This document shows, one piece after another, positions 31,449-41,308 of a stretch of DNA of 64,000 bases. The position numbers were made by a program, and so were the translations under genes. How positions within the stretch are numbered: the stretch's first letter is position 1; every line of letters begins with the position of its first letter. The DNA lies in NCBI GenBank assembly GCA_964389795.1, contig CAYMEY010000008.1, forward strand, positions 14,851 through 78,850, in the 5' to 3' direction. This DNA comes from an uncultured Alcanivoracaceae bacterium. GTDB taxonomy: Bacteria > Pseudomonadota > Gammaproteobacteria > Pseudomonadales > Alcanivoracaceae. The notes below the pieces were generated by a model, which searched no databases, had not been told where the DNA came from, and saw only the letters and a program-made list of their open reading frames with translations.

Positions 31449-32090
31449 ATGTCGAAGGCAGAGCAATGGCCGCTACGGGGCCCGGCAGGCACTATCCAGG
31501 CGGTGCTTGAGGGCCATGCAGCGCCGACATTTATCGCTGTGATCGGTCACCCGCATCCATTGTTTGGCGGCACCATGGAGAACAAGGTGGTGACAACGCT
31601 GGCGCGTGCGGTGCGGGATGCCGGCGGTGTGGCGGTGCGGTTCAACTTTCGTGGCGTTGGCGACAGCCAGGGCGTGTACAGCGAAGGGGTGGGTGAAACC
31701 GAGGACCTGCTTGCGGTGATCAGCGCGCTGCGTAAACAGTTTCCGGGTCTCTCGCTGTGGTTGGCCGGCTTCTCCTTCGGCAGTTATGTGGCTGCCCGCG
31801 CGGCGGCGGCGTTGGCCGCGAACGGGGAGTCTGCGGCTCATCTGATGCTGGTGGCGCCGCCGGTCCATCATTATGATTTCGAGGCCATCACTGATAGCGG
31901 CTGTGCCGTGACGGTGGTGCAGGGGGAGGAAGACGAAGTGGTGCCCGCCGAGCAGGTGTACAACTGGGTCGCACACACACCGTTGGTGCCGGACCTGATT
32001 CGTTTTCCCGGCTGCGGCCATTTTTTTCACGGCCAGCTCACCACCCTGCGCGAGCTGGCGGCGACACGTTTTCCCGGCGCTCTGGCATGA
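31449..32090 (+). CDS. Alpha/beta-fold hydrolase (COG2945-like)
   Basis: 213 aa from ATG 31449. It has the nucleophile elbow GFSFGS and a C-terminal GCGHFFHG. Confidence 0.8.
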   Translation: MSKAEQWPLRGPAGTIQAVLEGHAAPTFIAVIGHPHPLFGGTMENKVVTTLARAVRDAGGVAVRFNFRGVGDSQGVYSEGVGETEDLLAVISALRKQFPGLSLWLAGFSFGSYVAARAAAALAANGESAAHLMLVAPPVHHYDFEAITDSGCAVTVVQGEEDEVVPAEQVYNWVAHTPLVPDLIRFPGCGHFFHGQLTTLRELAATRFPGALA

Positions 32091-32170
32091 ATTGCCATGT
32101 CGCAGCGCGCACGCTACATTTTGCACCCCTCGCCGCTCCCGCTGGACCGGCTTGCGGATCTGGAACCTGA

Positions 32171-33256
32171 ATGACACCTATCGAGCACTATCAACAGGAT
32201 CTCAAACGCGCGGATTTCCATGCTGACCCGGCACAGGCCCGGGCGGTGGAGCGTTTGCATGACCTGTACGAGCGCTTGCTTGCCAGTCATGACAGGCACC
32301 GGGGTCTGTTCGGCAAGTTGAAGAAGCCAGTGCCGCCCACCGGGCTATACATGTGGGGTGGGGTCGGGCGCGGCAAGACCTATTTGATGGATGTGTTTTT
32401 CGAGGCCTTGCCGTTCGAGCAAAAGCAGCGCATGCATTTCCATCGCTTTATGCAGTATGTGCATCGTGAAATGCGCGCGCGCCAGGGGCAGAAGAATCCA
32501 CTGCTCAGTGTCGCGGCGGATTTGGCGAAAAAGGCGCGGGTGCTGTGTTTCGATGAGTTTTTCGTCACTGATATTACTGACGCGATGATTCTCGCCGGTC
32601 TGCTCGAGGCGCTGTTTGAGCGGGGTGTGGCGCTGGTGGCGACGTCCAACATAGCGCCGGATGGGCTATACCGTGACGGTCTGCAGCGCAGCCGATTCCT
32701 GCCCGCAATCGAATTGCTGAAGCAGCACACCCAGGTACTGAATGTCGACGGCGGAACCGATTACCGGCTGCGGCTGCTGGAGCAGGCGGAGCTGTATCAT
32801 TGTCCGCTTGGTGATGCGTCGGAGCGTTTTCTCACTGAGCGTTTTTCGACGCTGGAAACCGAACACGGTGACCACCGCGAGGACACCAGTATCCAGATCG
32901 AAGGGCGTGCCATCAGTGTGCGCAAAGCCAGTGACGATGTTGGCTGGTTCGAGTTTCGCGCGCTATGCGACGGGCCGCGCAGCCAGAATGACTACATTGA
33001 GCTGGCGCGGGAATTTCATACCGTGCTGCTTGCCAATGTCGAACGCATGGGCGCTGCCAATGATGATCTGGCGCGTCGCTTCATCAATCTGATCGACGAA
33101 TTCTACGATCGTGGTGTCAAGTTGATTATCACCGCGGAGACGCCGATCGAAGACCTGTATCGCGGCGGGCGGCTGGAGTTTGAATTTCAGCGCACCTGCA
33201 GCCGTTTGCTGGAAATGCAGTCGCACGAGTATCTCGCGCGACCGCACAAGCCCTGA
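32171..33256 (+). CDS. zapE: Cell-division ATPase ZapE (AFG1/YhcM family)
   Basis: Walker A GGVGRGKT, Walker B VLCFDEF. 361 aa. Confidence 0.92.
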   Translation: MTPIEHYQQDLKRADFHADPAQARAVERLHDLYERLLASHDRHRGLFGKLKKPVPPTGLYMWGGVGRGKTYLMDVFFEALPFEQKQRMHFHRFMQYVHREMRARQGQKNPLLSVAADLAKKARVLCFDEFFVTDITDAMILAGLLEALFERGVALVATSNIAPDGLYRDGLQRSRFLPAIELLKQHTQVLNVDGGTDYRLRLLEQAELYHCPLGDASERFLTERFSTLETEHGDHREDTSIQIEGRAISVRKASDDVGWFEFRALCDGPRSQNDYIELAREFHTVLLANVERMGAANDDLARRFINLIDEFYDRGVKLIITAETPIEDLYRGGRLEFEFQRTCSRLLEMQSHEYLARPHKP

Positions 33257-33262
33257 GTGCGA

Positions 33263-34300
33263 TCAGGGCGCCGGGTTGGGGTGCTCGGTGTGAATGGCTT
33301 CCAGCGCTTTTTCTATTTCCTCACTGACGACCACTTCTATACTGCCAATGTTTTCCTTCAGCTGTGCCAGTGTGGTGGCGCCAATAATGTTGCTGGTGAC
33401 AAAACTGCGTGTGGTGACGAATTGCAGCGCCAGCTGCGCCGGGGTCATGCCGTGGGCTTCAGCCAGCTGACAATATTTCTCCGTCGCCGCCACGGCGTAC
33501 GCGTTGGTGTAGCGGGAGAAATACTTGAACAGCGTCAGCCGCGCCTGTTCGGGCCACTGGTCATGACGGTATTTGCCGCTGAGCATGCCGAACGCCAGCG
33601 GTGAATAGGCCAGCAGGCCGATCTGCTCGCGGTGGGCGATTTCGGCCAGACCCACCTCAAAGGTGCGGTTGAGCAGGGAGTAGGGGTTCTGGATCGACAC
33701 CGGGCGCGGCGCGCGCTGGCGTTTGGCTTCGATCACGTACTTCATGGTGCCCCAGGGCGTCTCGTTGGACAGGCCGTAGTGCCGGATCTTGCCCTGTTTG
33801 ACCAGCTCATCCAGCGCTTCGACCGTCTCGGCGATGGGGGTGAAGTCCTCATCCTCCTGATGGCGGTAGTTGAGCTTGCCAAAATAATTGGTATTCCGGT
33901 CGGGCCAGTGCATCTGGTACAGATCCAGATAGTCGGTCTGCAGGCGCCGCAGGCTGTCCTCCACCGCTTCGAACAGGTGCTCGCGAGTCAGGCGCGGGCC
34001 GCCGCGGATATGCTTGATCCACTCGCCTGGCCCGGCCGCCTTGCTGGCGAGGATGATCCGGTCGCGACCGCCGCGGGCGGCGAACCATTGGCCGATGATC
34101 TCCTCGGTCTTGCCGTAGGTGTCCGGTGTGGCTGGCACCGCATACATTTCGGCAGTATCGAAGAAGTTGATGCCGTGCTCCAGCGCCATGTCCATTTGCG
34201 CAAAGCCGTCTTCCCGGCTGTTCTGCTTGCCCCAGGTCATGGTGCCCAGGCACAGGGCGCTGACATTGAGGTCGGTGGTGCCGAGACGGCGATATTCCAT
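33263..34300 (-). CDS. NADP(H)-dependent aldo/keto reductase (Tas/YghZ-like)
   Basis: MEYRRLGTTDLNVSALCLGTMTWG...FDTAEMY...ASK..., typical AKR catalytic Asp/Tyr/Lys/His context. 345 aa. Confidence 0.88.
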   Translation of the reverse strand: MEYRRLGTTDLNVSALCLGTMTWGKQNSREDGFAQMDMALEHGINFFDTAEMYAVPATPDTYGKTEEIIGQWFAARGGRDRIILASKAAGPGEWIKHIRGGPRLTREHLFEAVEDSLRRLQTDYLDLYQMHWPDRNTNYFGKLNYRHQEDEDFTPIAETVEALDELVKQGKIRHYGLSNETPWGTMKYVIEAKRQRAPRPVSIQNPYSLLNRTFEVGLAEIAHREQIGLLAYSPLAFGMLSGKYRHDQWPEQARLTLFKYFSRYTNAYAVAATEKYCQLAEAHGMTPAQLALQFVTTRSFVTSNIIGATTLAQLKENIGSIEVVVSEEIEKALEAIHTEHPNPAP

Positions 34301-34406
34301 GGCGGGCTCCTGAACAAACAGAGGTATAAAGGCTGCATGTTAGCCGGGCAAAGGTCAGAGGTCAGTAAAGGCGGCCTGTGGGCGTGATGTCGCCTCGGTA
34401 AATCGC

Positions 34407-34435
34407 TTGTTTTCACAGGGGTGCTTGGGTAGAAT
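34407..34435 (+). promoter_or_regulatory. Candidate sigma-70 promoter of rplM-rpsI (TTGTTT-17 nt-TAGAAT)
   Basis: The hexamers are at 34407-34412 and 34430-34435 with a 17-nt spacer, about 78 nt upstream of the rplM ATG. Confidence 0.45.
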
Positions 34436-34512
34436 TCGCGCTCTTCTGACGACGGGAACTGCGTCGTGGGGGACGATTTCCCCGTAACACTATGAATTTA
34501 GGGCAGAATTTC

Positions 34513-34941
34513 ATGAAGACCTACAGCGCAAACGAACAGAGCGTCAAGCGCGACTGGTACGTGGTAGACGCCGATGGCAAGACCCTGGGTCGTCTTGCCA
34601 GCGAGCTGGCTACCCGTCTGCGTGGCAAGCACAAGACCGTGTACACCCCGCACGCTGATACCGGTGACTACATCGTCGTGATCAACGCCGAGAAAGTGAA
34701 AGTCACTGGCAACAAGGCCAAGGACAAGATGTATTACCGTCACACCGGCTTTCCGGGTGGCATCAAGGAAGCGAGCTTCGAGAAACTGATCGCTCGCAAG
34801 CCGGAAATGGTGATCGAGAAGGCTGTGAAAGGCATGCTGCCACACAACCCGCTGGGTCGCGCCATGTTCCGTAAACTGAAAGTCTATGCCGGCACTGAGC
34901 ATCCGCATACCGCTCAGCAGCCGCAGCCGCTCGAAATCTAA
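34513..34941 (+). CDS. rplM: 50S ribosomal protein L13
   Basis: [30 protein letters not shown]. 142 aa from ATG 34513. Confidence 0.98.
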   Translation: MKTYSANEQSVKRDWYVVDADGKTLGRLASELATRLRGKHKTVYTPHADTGDYIVVINAEKVKVTGNKAKDKMYYRHTGFPGGIKEASFEKLIARKPEMVIEKAVKGMLPHNPLGRAMFRKLKVYAGTEHPHTAQQPQPLEI

Positions 34942-34952
34942 GGGGCATTTGA

Positions 34953-35351
34953 ATGGCAACTGCAGCTTCTCAAAATTACGGCACTGGCCGCCGCAAGACC
35001 TCCGCAGCACGCGTGTTCCTGCGTCCGGGTAGCGGTGCAATCACGGTAAACGGCAAGCCGCTGGATCAGTACTTCGGCCGTGAAACCGCCCGCATGGTAG
35101 TGCGTCAGCCGCTTGAGCTGGTCGACATGACCGAGCGTTTCGATATCAAGGTCACCGTCATCGGTGGCGGCACCACCGGTCAGGCCGGTGCCATTCGTCA
35201 CGGCATCACCCGTGCATTGATGGAATACGATGAGACCTTGCGCTCTGCCCTGCGCAAGGCTGGCTTCGTAACCCGTGATGCACGTGAAGTCGAGCGTAAG
35301 AAAGTGGGTCTGCACAAGGCGCGTCGTCGTCCGCAGTTCTCCAAGCGCTAA
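34953..35351 (+). CDS. rpsI: 30S ribosomal protein S9
   Basis: [20 protein letters not shown]...[12 protein letters not shown]-terminus. Confidence 0.98.
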   Translation: MATAASQNYGTGRRKTSAARVFLRPGSGAITVNGKPLDQYFGRETARMVVRQPLELVDMTERFDIKVTVIGGGTTGQAGAIRHGITRALMEYDETLRSALRKAGFVTRDAREVERKKVGLHKARRRPQFSKR

Positions 35352-35367
35352 GACGATCGAGCGATCA

Positions 35368-35400
35368 GAAAAAGCCCGGCAAATGCCGGGCTTTTTTGTT
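35368..35400 (+). terminator. Rho-independent terminator after rpsI
   Basis: AGCCCGGCA-AAT-GCCGGGCT stem-loop followed by TTTTTTGTTT. Confidence 0.88.
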
Positions 35401-35601
35401 TCTGCGGCAGTGATTTACCTGCATGAACGGGGCATAAATCCGGTTGTTTAATGTGGCTTTTTTCTTTACCATTCGCACCGCCTCAATCCGGCTCTTGTCG
35501 CCCTTCACGCGCGGGCCGAGGCAGAGCCATACCCGTACACGCGGTATCCTCGAAGCGCCTGGTCCATCGCCCGGCGTCGGATCCTAGGGGAGAACATCTC
35601 A

Positions 35602-36195
35602 ATGAGTAATGACGGCGTTAACACCAGCCGCCGCACCTTCCTTGTCGCTGCAACCTGTGGTGTAGCGGCGGCCGGTGCAGTCGGTGTTGCAGTTCCCTTT
35701 GTCAAATCCTGGCAGCCCAGCGCCCGCGCCAAGAATGCTGGTGCTCCAGTCAAGGTAGATATCAGCAAGATCGAGGTTGGTGGCCGCATGGTAGTGGAAT
35801 GGCGTGGCCAGCCTGTCTGGATTGTGCGTCGCACGCCGGCAATGCTTGACGGTCTCAGCAAGCTTGATGGCGAACTGGCCGATCCCGAGTCAGCGGTTGA
35901 TCAGCAGCCGGAGTATGCACGTAATGCAGCGCGGTCGATCAAACCCGAGTATCTGGTGTTGATTGGTACCTGTACTCACCTCGGATGTTCTCCAACCTAT
36001 AACCCCAATCCAGCAGTGGAAATCGGGCTTGAGTTTGGTGGCTTCTTCTGCCCCTGTCATGGCTCAAAGTTTGATTTTGCCGGACGCGTTTACAAGGGCG
36101 TTCCTGCGCCGACCAATCTGGTTGTGCCGCCGCACTCTTACTTGAGTGGCTCGGTCGTGATTGTTGGTTCCGAAGAAGGGGAGACCGCAGCATGA
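35602..36195 (+). CDS. petA: Ubiquinol-cytochrome c reductase Rieske iron-sulfur subunit
   Basis: Tat-like N-terminus (SRRTFLV). It has the CTHLGC and CPCHGS 2Fe-2S boxes. Confidence 0.96.
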   Translation: MSNDGVNTSRRTFLVAATCGVAAAGAVGVAVPFVKSWQPSARAKNAGAPVKVDISKIEVGGRMVVEWRGQPVWIVRRTPAMLDGLSKLDGELADPESAVDQQPEYARNAARSIKPEYLVLIGTCTHLGCSPTYNPNPAVEIGLEFGGFFCPCHGSKFDFAGRVYKGVPAPTNLVVPPHSYLSGSVVIVGSEEGETAA

Positions 36196-37481
36196 TTATG
36201 AAAATTATCAACGGCACCATCGACTGGGTCGATGCGCGTCTGCCAGTTGTGAATGCGTTCAAGAAGCATATGTCTGAGTACTATGCGCCCAAGAACTTCA
36301 ACTTCTGGTACTTCTTTGGTGTGTTGTCTCTGGTGGTGCTGGTTAACCAGTTGCTCACCGGTATCTGGCTGACCATGTTCTATTCGCCGTCTGATGCGTT
36401 CGATTCGGTCGAATACATCATGCGTGATGTGCAGTGGGGCTGGCTGATTCGCTATCTGCATGCGGTTGGCGCATCTGCGTTCTTCGCCGTGGTCTATATC
36501 CACATGTTCCGCGGTCTGATGTACGGCTCGTATAAGCCGCCGCGCGAGCTGGTGTGGATTTTTGGCATGTTGATCTATCTGGCGCTGATGGCTGAGGGCT
36601 TCCTTGGCTACGTGTTGCCGTGGGGCAACATGTCCTACTGGGGCGCACAGGTCATTATTTCACTCGTTGGTGCTGTACCGTACGACATCCTGCCGTTCAT
36701 TGACGCTAAAGAAGGCAAGGAAATCGGTGAAGCGCTAACCACGTGGGTGCGCGGTGACTACCTGCTGTCAGAAGCAACCATCAACAAATTCTTCGCGCTG
36801 CACGTGGTTGCGATTCCGATTGTCTTGCTGGCGCTGGTAGTGCTGCACTTGCTCGCCCTGCATGAAGTGGGCTCCAACAATCCTGACGGCGTCGACATCA
36901 AGAAATTCAAAGATGAAAATGGCGTGCCGCTTGATGGCATCGCTTTCCACCCCTATTACTCGGTGAAAGACACCGTCGGTATCATCGTATTCCTGATGGT
37001 GTTTGCAACGGTGGTATTCTTCTTCCCTGATGGCGGTGGTTATTTGCTGGAGCGGCCTAACTTTGAGCCGGCCAACCCGCTGAAAACGCCTGAGCATATC
37101 GCTCCGGTGTGGTACTACGGTCCGTACTACGCGATGTTGCGTGCCACAACCTTCAGTGTCTTCTTTGACGCCAAGACCTGGGGCCTGATTGCCATGGGTG
37201 GCGCCATTGTTATCCTGTTCCTGGTGCCATGGCTCGACCGTAACCCGGTCAGATCTTTCCGTTATCGTGGCTGGCTGAGCAAGGCTGCACTGGCCCTGTT
37301 CGTGATCGACTTCCTGGTGCTCGGTTACCTCGGTACCCAGCCTGGTTCCGATCTCAAGAAACTGATTGCACAGCTCGGCACGCTTTACTATTTCTTTTAT
37401 TTCGTCGGTGTACTGCCTTTTGCGCACAAGTTCGAGAAGGCCAAGCCGGTGCCGGAGCGCGTGACTGGAGGGGGCCACTAA
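36192..37481 (+). CDS. petB: Cytochrome b of the bc1 complex
   Basis: RYLHAVGASAFF...HMFRGL haem-ligand context, polytopic. It overlaps the petA stop (ATGA). Confidence 0.96.
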   Translation: MIMKIINGTIDWVDARLPVVNAFKKHMSEYYAPKNFNFWYFFGVLSLVVLVNQLLTGIWLTMFYSPSDAFDSVEYIMRDVQWGWLIRYLHAVGASAFFAVVYIHMFRGLMYGSYKPPRELVWIFGMLIYLALMAEGFLGYVLPWGNMSYWGAQVIISLVGAVPYDILPFIDAKEGKEIGEALTTWVRGDYLLSEATINKFFALHVVAIPIVLLALVVLHLLALHEVGSNNPDGVDIKKFKDENGVPLDGIAFHPYYSVKDTVGIIVFLMVFATVVFFFPDGGGYLLERPNFEPANPLKTPEHIAPVWYYGPYYAMLRATTFSVFFDAKTWGLIAMGGAIVILFLVPWLDRNPVRSFRYRGWLSKAALALFVIDFLVLGYLGTQPGSDLKKLIAQLGTLYYFFYFVGVLPFAHKFEKAKPVPERVTGGGH

Positions 37482-38137
37482 TGAAGAAACTGTTGATTGC
37501 ATTGGTGACATTGCTGCCGTCTCTGGCAGTGGCCGCTGGCGGTGGCAACAACGAATCCGTTGTCCCTGCGCCGGTGAACCTGAAAGACAAAGTGTCACTG
37601 CAGAACGGTGCCAAGCTGTTTGTTAACTACTGCATGGGTTGCCATGGCCTGAAGTACGTGCGCTATGAGCGCCTCGCTGATGACCTGGGCATTCCGGTAG
37701 ACATTGCGCAGCAGTACCTGAATTTCACCACCGACAAGCCGGGCGACACCATGGGTAATGCCATGGATGAAGCAGAGGCGAAAACCTGGTTTGGCGCCGC
37801 GCCGCCGGACCTGTCGCTGGTTGCGCGTCTGCGTTCCTCCGATTGGGTGTACTCCTATCTGATCGGCTTCTACAAAGACGAAAGCCGTCCGTACGGCTTC
37901 AATAACCATGTCTTCCCGAGCGTCGGTATGCCGCACGTCATGGCGGGCATGGAAGCTGAGCTGAGCGAGGAAGAGTTTCATCAGGCCATGGGCGACATTA
38001 CCAACTTCCTTACCTACACGGCGGATCCCGTACGTGTTGAGCGTGAGCGATTGGGCGTCTGGGTATTGGTGTTTCTGTTCATTCTGTTCTGGCCAGCGTA
38101 CTTCATGAAGAAGGAATACTGGAAAGACGTCCACTGA
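37481..38137 (+). CDS. petC: Cytochrome c1
   Basis: Signal peptide, CMGCHG haem-binding motif, C-terminal TM anchor (VWVLVFLFILFWPAYF). Confidence 0.93.
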   Translation: MKKLLIALVTLLPSLAVAAGGGNNESVVPAPVNLKDKVSLQNGAKLFVNYCMGCHGLKYVRYERLADDLGIPVDIAQQYLNFTTDKPGDTMGNAMDEAEAKTWFGAAPPDLSLVARLRSSDWVYSYLIGFYKDESRPYGFNNHVFPSVGMPHVMAGMEAELSEEEFHQAMGDITNFLTYTADPVRVERERLGVWVLVFLFILFWPAYFMKKEYWKDVH

Positions 38138-38157
38138 TCGTTGTGGTCGATTGCGCG

Positions 38158-38200
38158 AAACAGGGTACCTGCGAGAGCAGCTACCCTGTTTCTGTCTTTA
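38158..38200 (+). terminator. Rho-independent terminator after petC
   Basis: AAACAGGGTACCTGC-GAGA-GCAGCTACCCTGTTT (14 of 15 bp stem, GAGA loop), followed by the T-rich CTGTCTTT. Confidence 0.8.
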
Positions 38201-38224
38201 AAATTCGCAGGAGATAAATGAAAA

Positions 38225-38863
38225 ATGGGTGTCGTGACCAAGCGTTCTTCGATGACGTTTTTCTCCAACCCCAAGGATCATTACTGCCACCGTGTACGCA
38301 TTGTGCTGGCGGAAAAAGGGGTCACCGTCGATATTGTTGATGTTGAGGAGGGTGATCAGCCGGAAGATCTGGCGCAGCTCAATCCTTACAACGAAGTGCC
38401 GACGCTGGTGGACCGTGAGTTGTCGCTGTATCAGGCCAACGTGATCATGGAATACCTGGATGAGCGTTTTCCGCATCCGCCGCTGCTGCCTGTGTATCCG
38501 GTCGCCCGTGCCCACAGCCGTCAGCTCATTCACCGCATTGAGCGCGACTGGTGTGGCCATGTTGACGCCATTCTGGCGGGCACCGAGAAAGATGCCTCCC
38601 TGGCCAAGCGTCGCAAGGAACTGCGTGAAAGCCTGATCGCGGTGGCGCCGGTGTTCGTTGAAAAACCGTTCTTCATGAATGAAGAGTTCACTCTTGTGGA
38701 CTGCTCCATTGCGCCGATCCTGTGGCGTTTGCCGGCACTGGATCTGGATCTGCCGGCAAAGCAGTGCAAGCCGCTGCTGGATTATGCTGAGCGCATGTTC
38801 GACCGTGACAGCTTTCAGGCCAGCCTCACCGAGCAGGAACGCGAGATTCGCAGTCCGCTGTGA
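38225..38863 (+). CDS. sspA: Stringent starvation protein A
   Basis: It aligns along its length with E. coli SspA (VRIVLAEKGV, VPTLVDRELSLY, IMEYLDERFPHPPLLPVYPVAR). Confidence 0.97.
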   Translation: MGVVTKRSSMTFFSNPKDHYCHRVRIVLAEKGVTVDIVDVEEGDQPEDLAQLNPYNEVPTLVDRELSLYQANVIMEYLDERFPHPPLLPVYPVARAHSRQLIHRIERDWCGHVDAILAGTEKDASLAKRRKELRESLIAVAPVFVEKPFFMNEEFTLVDCSIAPILWRLPALDLDLPAKQCKPLLDYAERMFDRDSFQASLTEQEREIRSPL

Positions 38864-38873
38864 GTGTTTGCCA

Positions 38874-39275
38874 ATGACCAGCATGACCTCCAATCGCCCG
38901 TACCTGATACGGGCGATTTTTCAATGGATCTGCGATAACGGCCTGACGCCCCATTTGCTGGTGGATGCCGGCTATCCGGGCGTGCTGGTGCCGCAGGACT
39001 ATGTGCAGGATGGTCATATCACGCTGAATGTGGCGCCGCGTGCGGTGTCGCAGCTGCAGCTCGACGACGAGCTGATCAGCTTTTCAGCCCGCTTCGCCGG
39101 TATTCCACAACAACTGAGTGTGCCGCCGCTGGCGGTGCTTGCGATCTACGCCCGTGAAAACGGTCAGGGCATGGCGTTTGACCCTTCTCCCCATCCGGAT
39201 CCGGAACCAACGCCGCCGCGCGCGGACAAAGCAGGCACGGAGACGGGCCGCTCCCATCTCAAGGTCATCAAGTAA
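38874..39275 (+). CDS. sspB: ClpXP adaptor stringent starvation protein B
   Basis: RPYLIRAIFQWICDNGLTPHLLV N-domain and a C-terminal LKVIK ClpX-binding tail. ATG 38874. Confidence 0.94.
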   Translation: MTSMTSNRPYLIRAIFQWICDNGLTPHLLVDAGYPGVLVPQDYVQDGHITLNVAPRAVSQLQLDDELISFSARFAGIPQQLSVPPLAVLAIYARENGQGMAFDPSPHPDPEPTPPRADKAGTETGRSHLKVIK

Positions 39276-39295
39276 TCCGCTGCTCAGGGGTGCCC

Positions 39296-41308
39296 ATGCT
39301 GTCACGATTTCCCCGACTGAAAATGCTGCTGCCGCTGCTGGCCCTCTACTTCACCGTGCTGGTGGTGTTGCGCGTCGGCTTCTATTACTGGTTTCTTGCC
39401 GACACCCTCGATCCGCCCGCGGATGTCCTGTGGCAGGCGTTTGGCATAGGCGTGCGATTTGATTTGCGCATCGCGTTACTGCTTTTGCTGCCATTGGCAC
39501 TGGTTTCGTACCTGCCGGGCGTCGTCGGCTTGCGTAGTCGCTTCGGTGCAATGTTGGCGGTAATTGCCAGTGCAGTGCTCGCCGGCACAGTAACCTTTTT
39601 CTATATCGCTGATTTTGCCCATTACGCATACCTGGATGAGCGCCTGAACGCGTCGGTGCTGCGATTCCTGGAAGATGGCGTCGATTCCTTCCAGATGGTT
39701 TGGGAGAGCTACCCGGTCGTGCTGCTACTTTTTGTTCTGTTCAGCATCACCGGGCTGGTGGCTGTGCTGACGCAGTCCGCCGTGCGTGGCTACCGCAGTA
39801 GCGCAATCAACCATAGCGGCGTGCGTCATCTCGCAGTGGCGGTTGTGGTATTGCCGTCATTGGTGTTCTCGGTCATGGGGAAGGTCGGTGCGACGGTTCC
39901 GCTGCGCTGGAGTGATGCCTACTTCTCTGGCAATCAGGAAGTCACGGCTCTGGGCCTTAATCCGGTGCTGTTTTTCTTCGATACCTTGCAGAATGCCACG
40001 CGCCCCTACGATGAAGATACGTTACGCGAGCATTACCCTCTGGTGGCCAGGTATCTCGGGGTGGACACGACAGCTGGCGAGGACATTCAATTTTCCCGAC
40101 ACGTCGACGGCCATGACTGGCCAGGACGGCGGCCAAACGTAATTTTCGTTCACCTTGAATCGCTTGGCGCCAACCGCAGCGGTTTGTATGGCAATCCCAT
40201 GAATGCAACGCCGAATATCGATGCCATAGCGCGTGACGGCATTTTCTTTCCCAATTTTATGGTGCCGTCCAGTGGCACCGCGCGCACAGTGTTTGGTTTG
40301 ATCACGGGTATTCCGGATGTGACCTGGGGCGGATCAACGGCCACGCGTAATCCGTTGATCGCCAACCAGCACACATTGGTGAACGCGTTCGACGGCTACC
40401 GCAAGCTGTATTTCATCGGCGGCAGTGCTGGCTGGGCCAACATCAAGGGCTTGCTGGAAACCGGCATCGACGATCTGGAGTTGTGGGAAGAGGGTGATTA
40501 TGAAGCGCCCAACGTTGACGTCTGGGGTATTTCTGATCGTGATCTGTTCAAGGCCGCCCATGCCCGTCTTGAGCAGTTGCCGCCAGACCAGCCCTTTGTC
40601 GCCTTTATCCAGCTCGCCGGCAATCATCGTCCGTTTACCATTCCCGAGGATGATTCCGACTTCGAAGTGCGCGCCGCGGACGAGGCAGAGTTGCATCGCT
40701 TTGGTTTCCTCGGTGCCGATCAATACAACGCCATTCGTTTGATGGACTACAACATCGGTTACTATCTGGATGAGTTGGTCGCAAAAAGCCATTATGCGAA
40801 CAACACGCTGTTCGTGATGTATGGCGATCACAATGATCGTTCGAAGCGCTCTGAACACATGGGCTACAGCGACGCCCTCTACCTGGATAAACATCATGTG
40901 CCGATGTTTCTTTACGGCCCGGGCGTTATCAATGAGGCGGCGGTAATAGACCATCCGGCCAGCCTGGTCGATATCATGCCCACTGTGCTCAGTTATATCG
41001 GTTTGCCCTACGATAATCGCACCATGGGGCGTGACTTGCTGGCGACGCATGAAGAGGATTTTGCATTGACGTTTGGTGGCGATCGTAACAACAGACCCAC
41101 CATTGGGCTGCTTGGTCGCGATTACCATGTCAGCATGTATGCGGACGGCGCCGACGCCAAGCTCTACTCACTGGCGCAACCGTCGCTTGACAATGATGTC
41201 GCGGCCCAACACCCGGAACAGTTTGCCTATCAACGTGATCTGTTGATGGGGCTGTACCAATCAGCACGATACATGTTGTTGCATAACCGCAAAGACAGGG
41301 ACAAGTAA
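39296..41308 (+). CDS. LTA-synthase-family / sulfatase-fold membrane enzyme (phosphoglycerol- or phosphoethanolamine-transferase-like)
   Basis: About 5 N-terminal TM helices followed by an alkaline-phosphatase-superfamily domain: FVHLESLG (metal Glu), SSGTARTVFG (candidate Thr nucleophile), MYGDHN (metal His). Confidence 0.82.
   Translation: MLSRFPRLKMLLPLLALYFTVLVVLRVGFYYWFLADTLDPPADVLWQAFGIGVRFDLRIALLLLLPLALVSYLPGVVGLRSRFGAMLAVIASAVLAGTVTFFYIADFAHYAYLDERLNASVLRFLEDGVDSFQMVWESYPVVLLLFVLFSITGLVAVLTQSAVRGYRSSAINHSGVRHLAVAVVVLPSLVFSVMGKVGATVPLRWSDAYFSGNQEVTALGLNPVLFFFDTLQNATRPYDEDTLREHYPLVARYLGVDTTAGEDIQFSRHVDGHDWPGRRPNVIFVHLESLGANRSGLYGNPMNATPNIDAIARDGIFFPNFMVPSSGTARTVFGLITGIPDVTWGGSTATRNPLIANQHTLVNAFDGYRKLYFIGGSAGWANIKGLLETGIDDLELWEEGDYEAPNVDVWGISDRDLFKAAHARLEQLPPDQPFVAFIQLAGNHRPFTIPEDDSDFEVRAADEAELHRFGFLGADQYNAIRLMDYNIGYYLDELVAKSHYANNTLFVMYGDHNDRSKRSEHMGYSDALYLDKHHVPMFLYGPGVINEAAVIDHPASLVDIMPTVLSYIGLPYDNRTMGRDLLATHEEDFALTFGGDRNNRPTIGLLGRDYHVSMYADGADAKLYSLAQPSLDNDVAAQHPEQFAYQRDLLMGLYQSARYMLLHNRKDRDK

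Noticed and set aside
32083-32096. TGGCATGAATTGCCA at the end of the hydrolase gene, which resembles a sigma-54 -24/-12 element and is also a 5-bp inverted repeat.
   Set aside because: The GG-to-GC spacing is 8 nt instead of the required 10, and the TTGC consensus is absent. It overlaps a stop codon. This looks like chance similarity.
34352-34365. Tandem heptamer AGGTCAG-AGGTCAG upstream of the rplM promoter.
   Set aside because: It is too short and has only two units. It shows no symmetry or further copies, so it is compatible with chance.
35373-35390. The stems of the terminators at 30742-30759 and 35373-35390 are 17/18 identical (GCCCGGCAA[T/A]TGCCGGGC), which hints at a repeated REP-like element.
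   Set aside because: There are only two copies. The match is confined to a short GC hairpin of the kind terminators converge on, and the flanks are unrelated.
38218-38220. An ATG 4 nt after AGGAG, upstream of and out of frame with sspA, which would open a 40-codon ORF.
   Set aside because: The SD spacing is too short. The peptide has no features, and the in-frame ATG 38225 reproduces the conserved SspA N-terminus. A leader peptide cannot be excluded, but nothing supports one.
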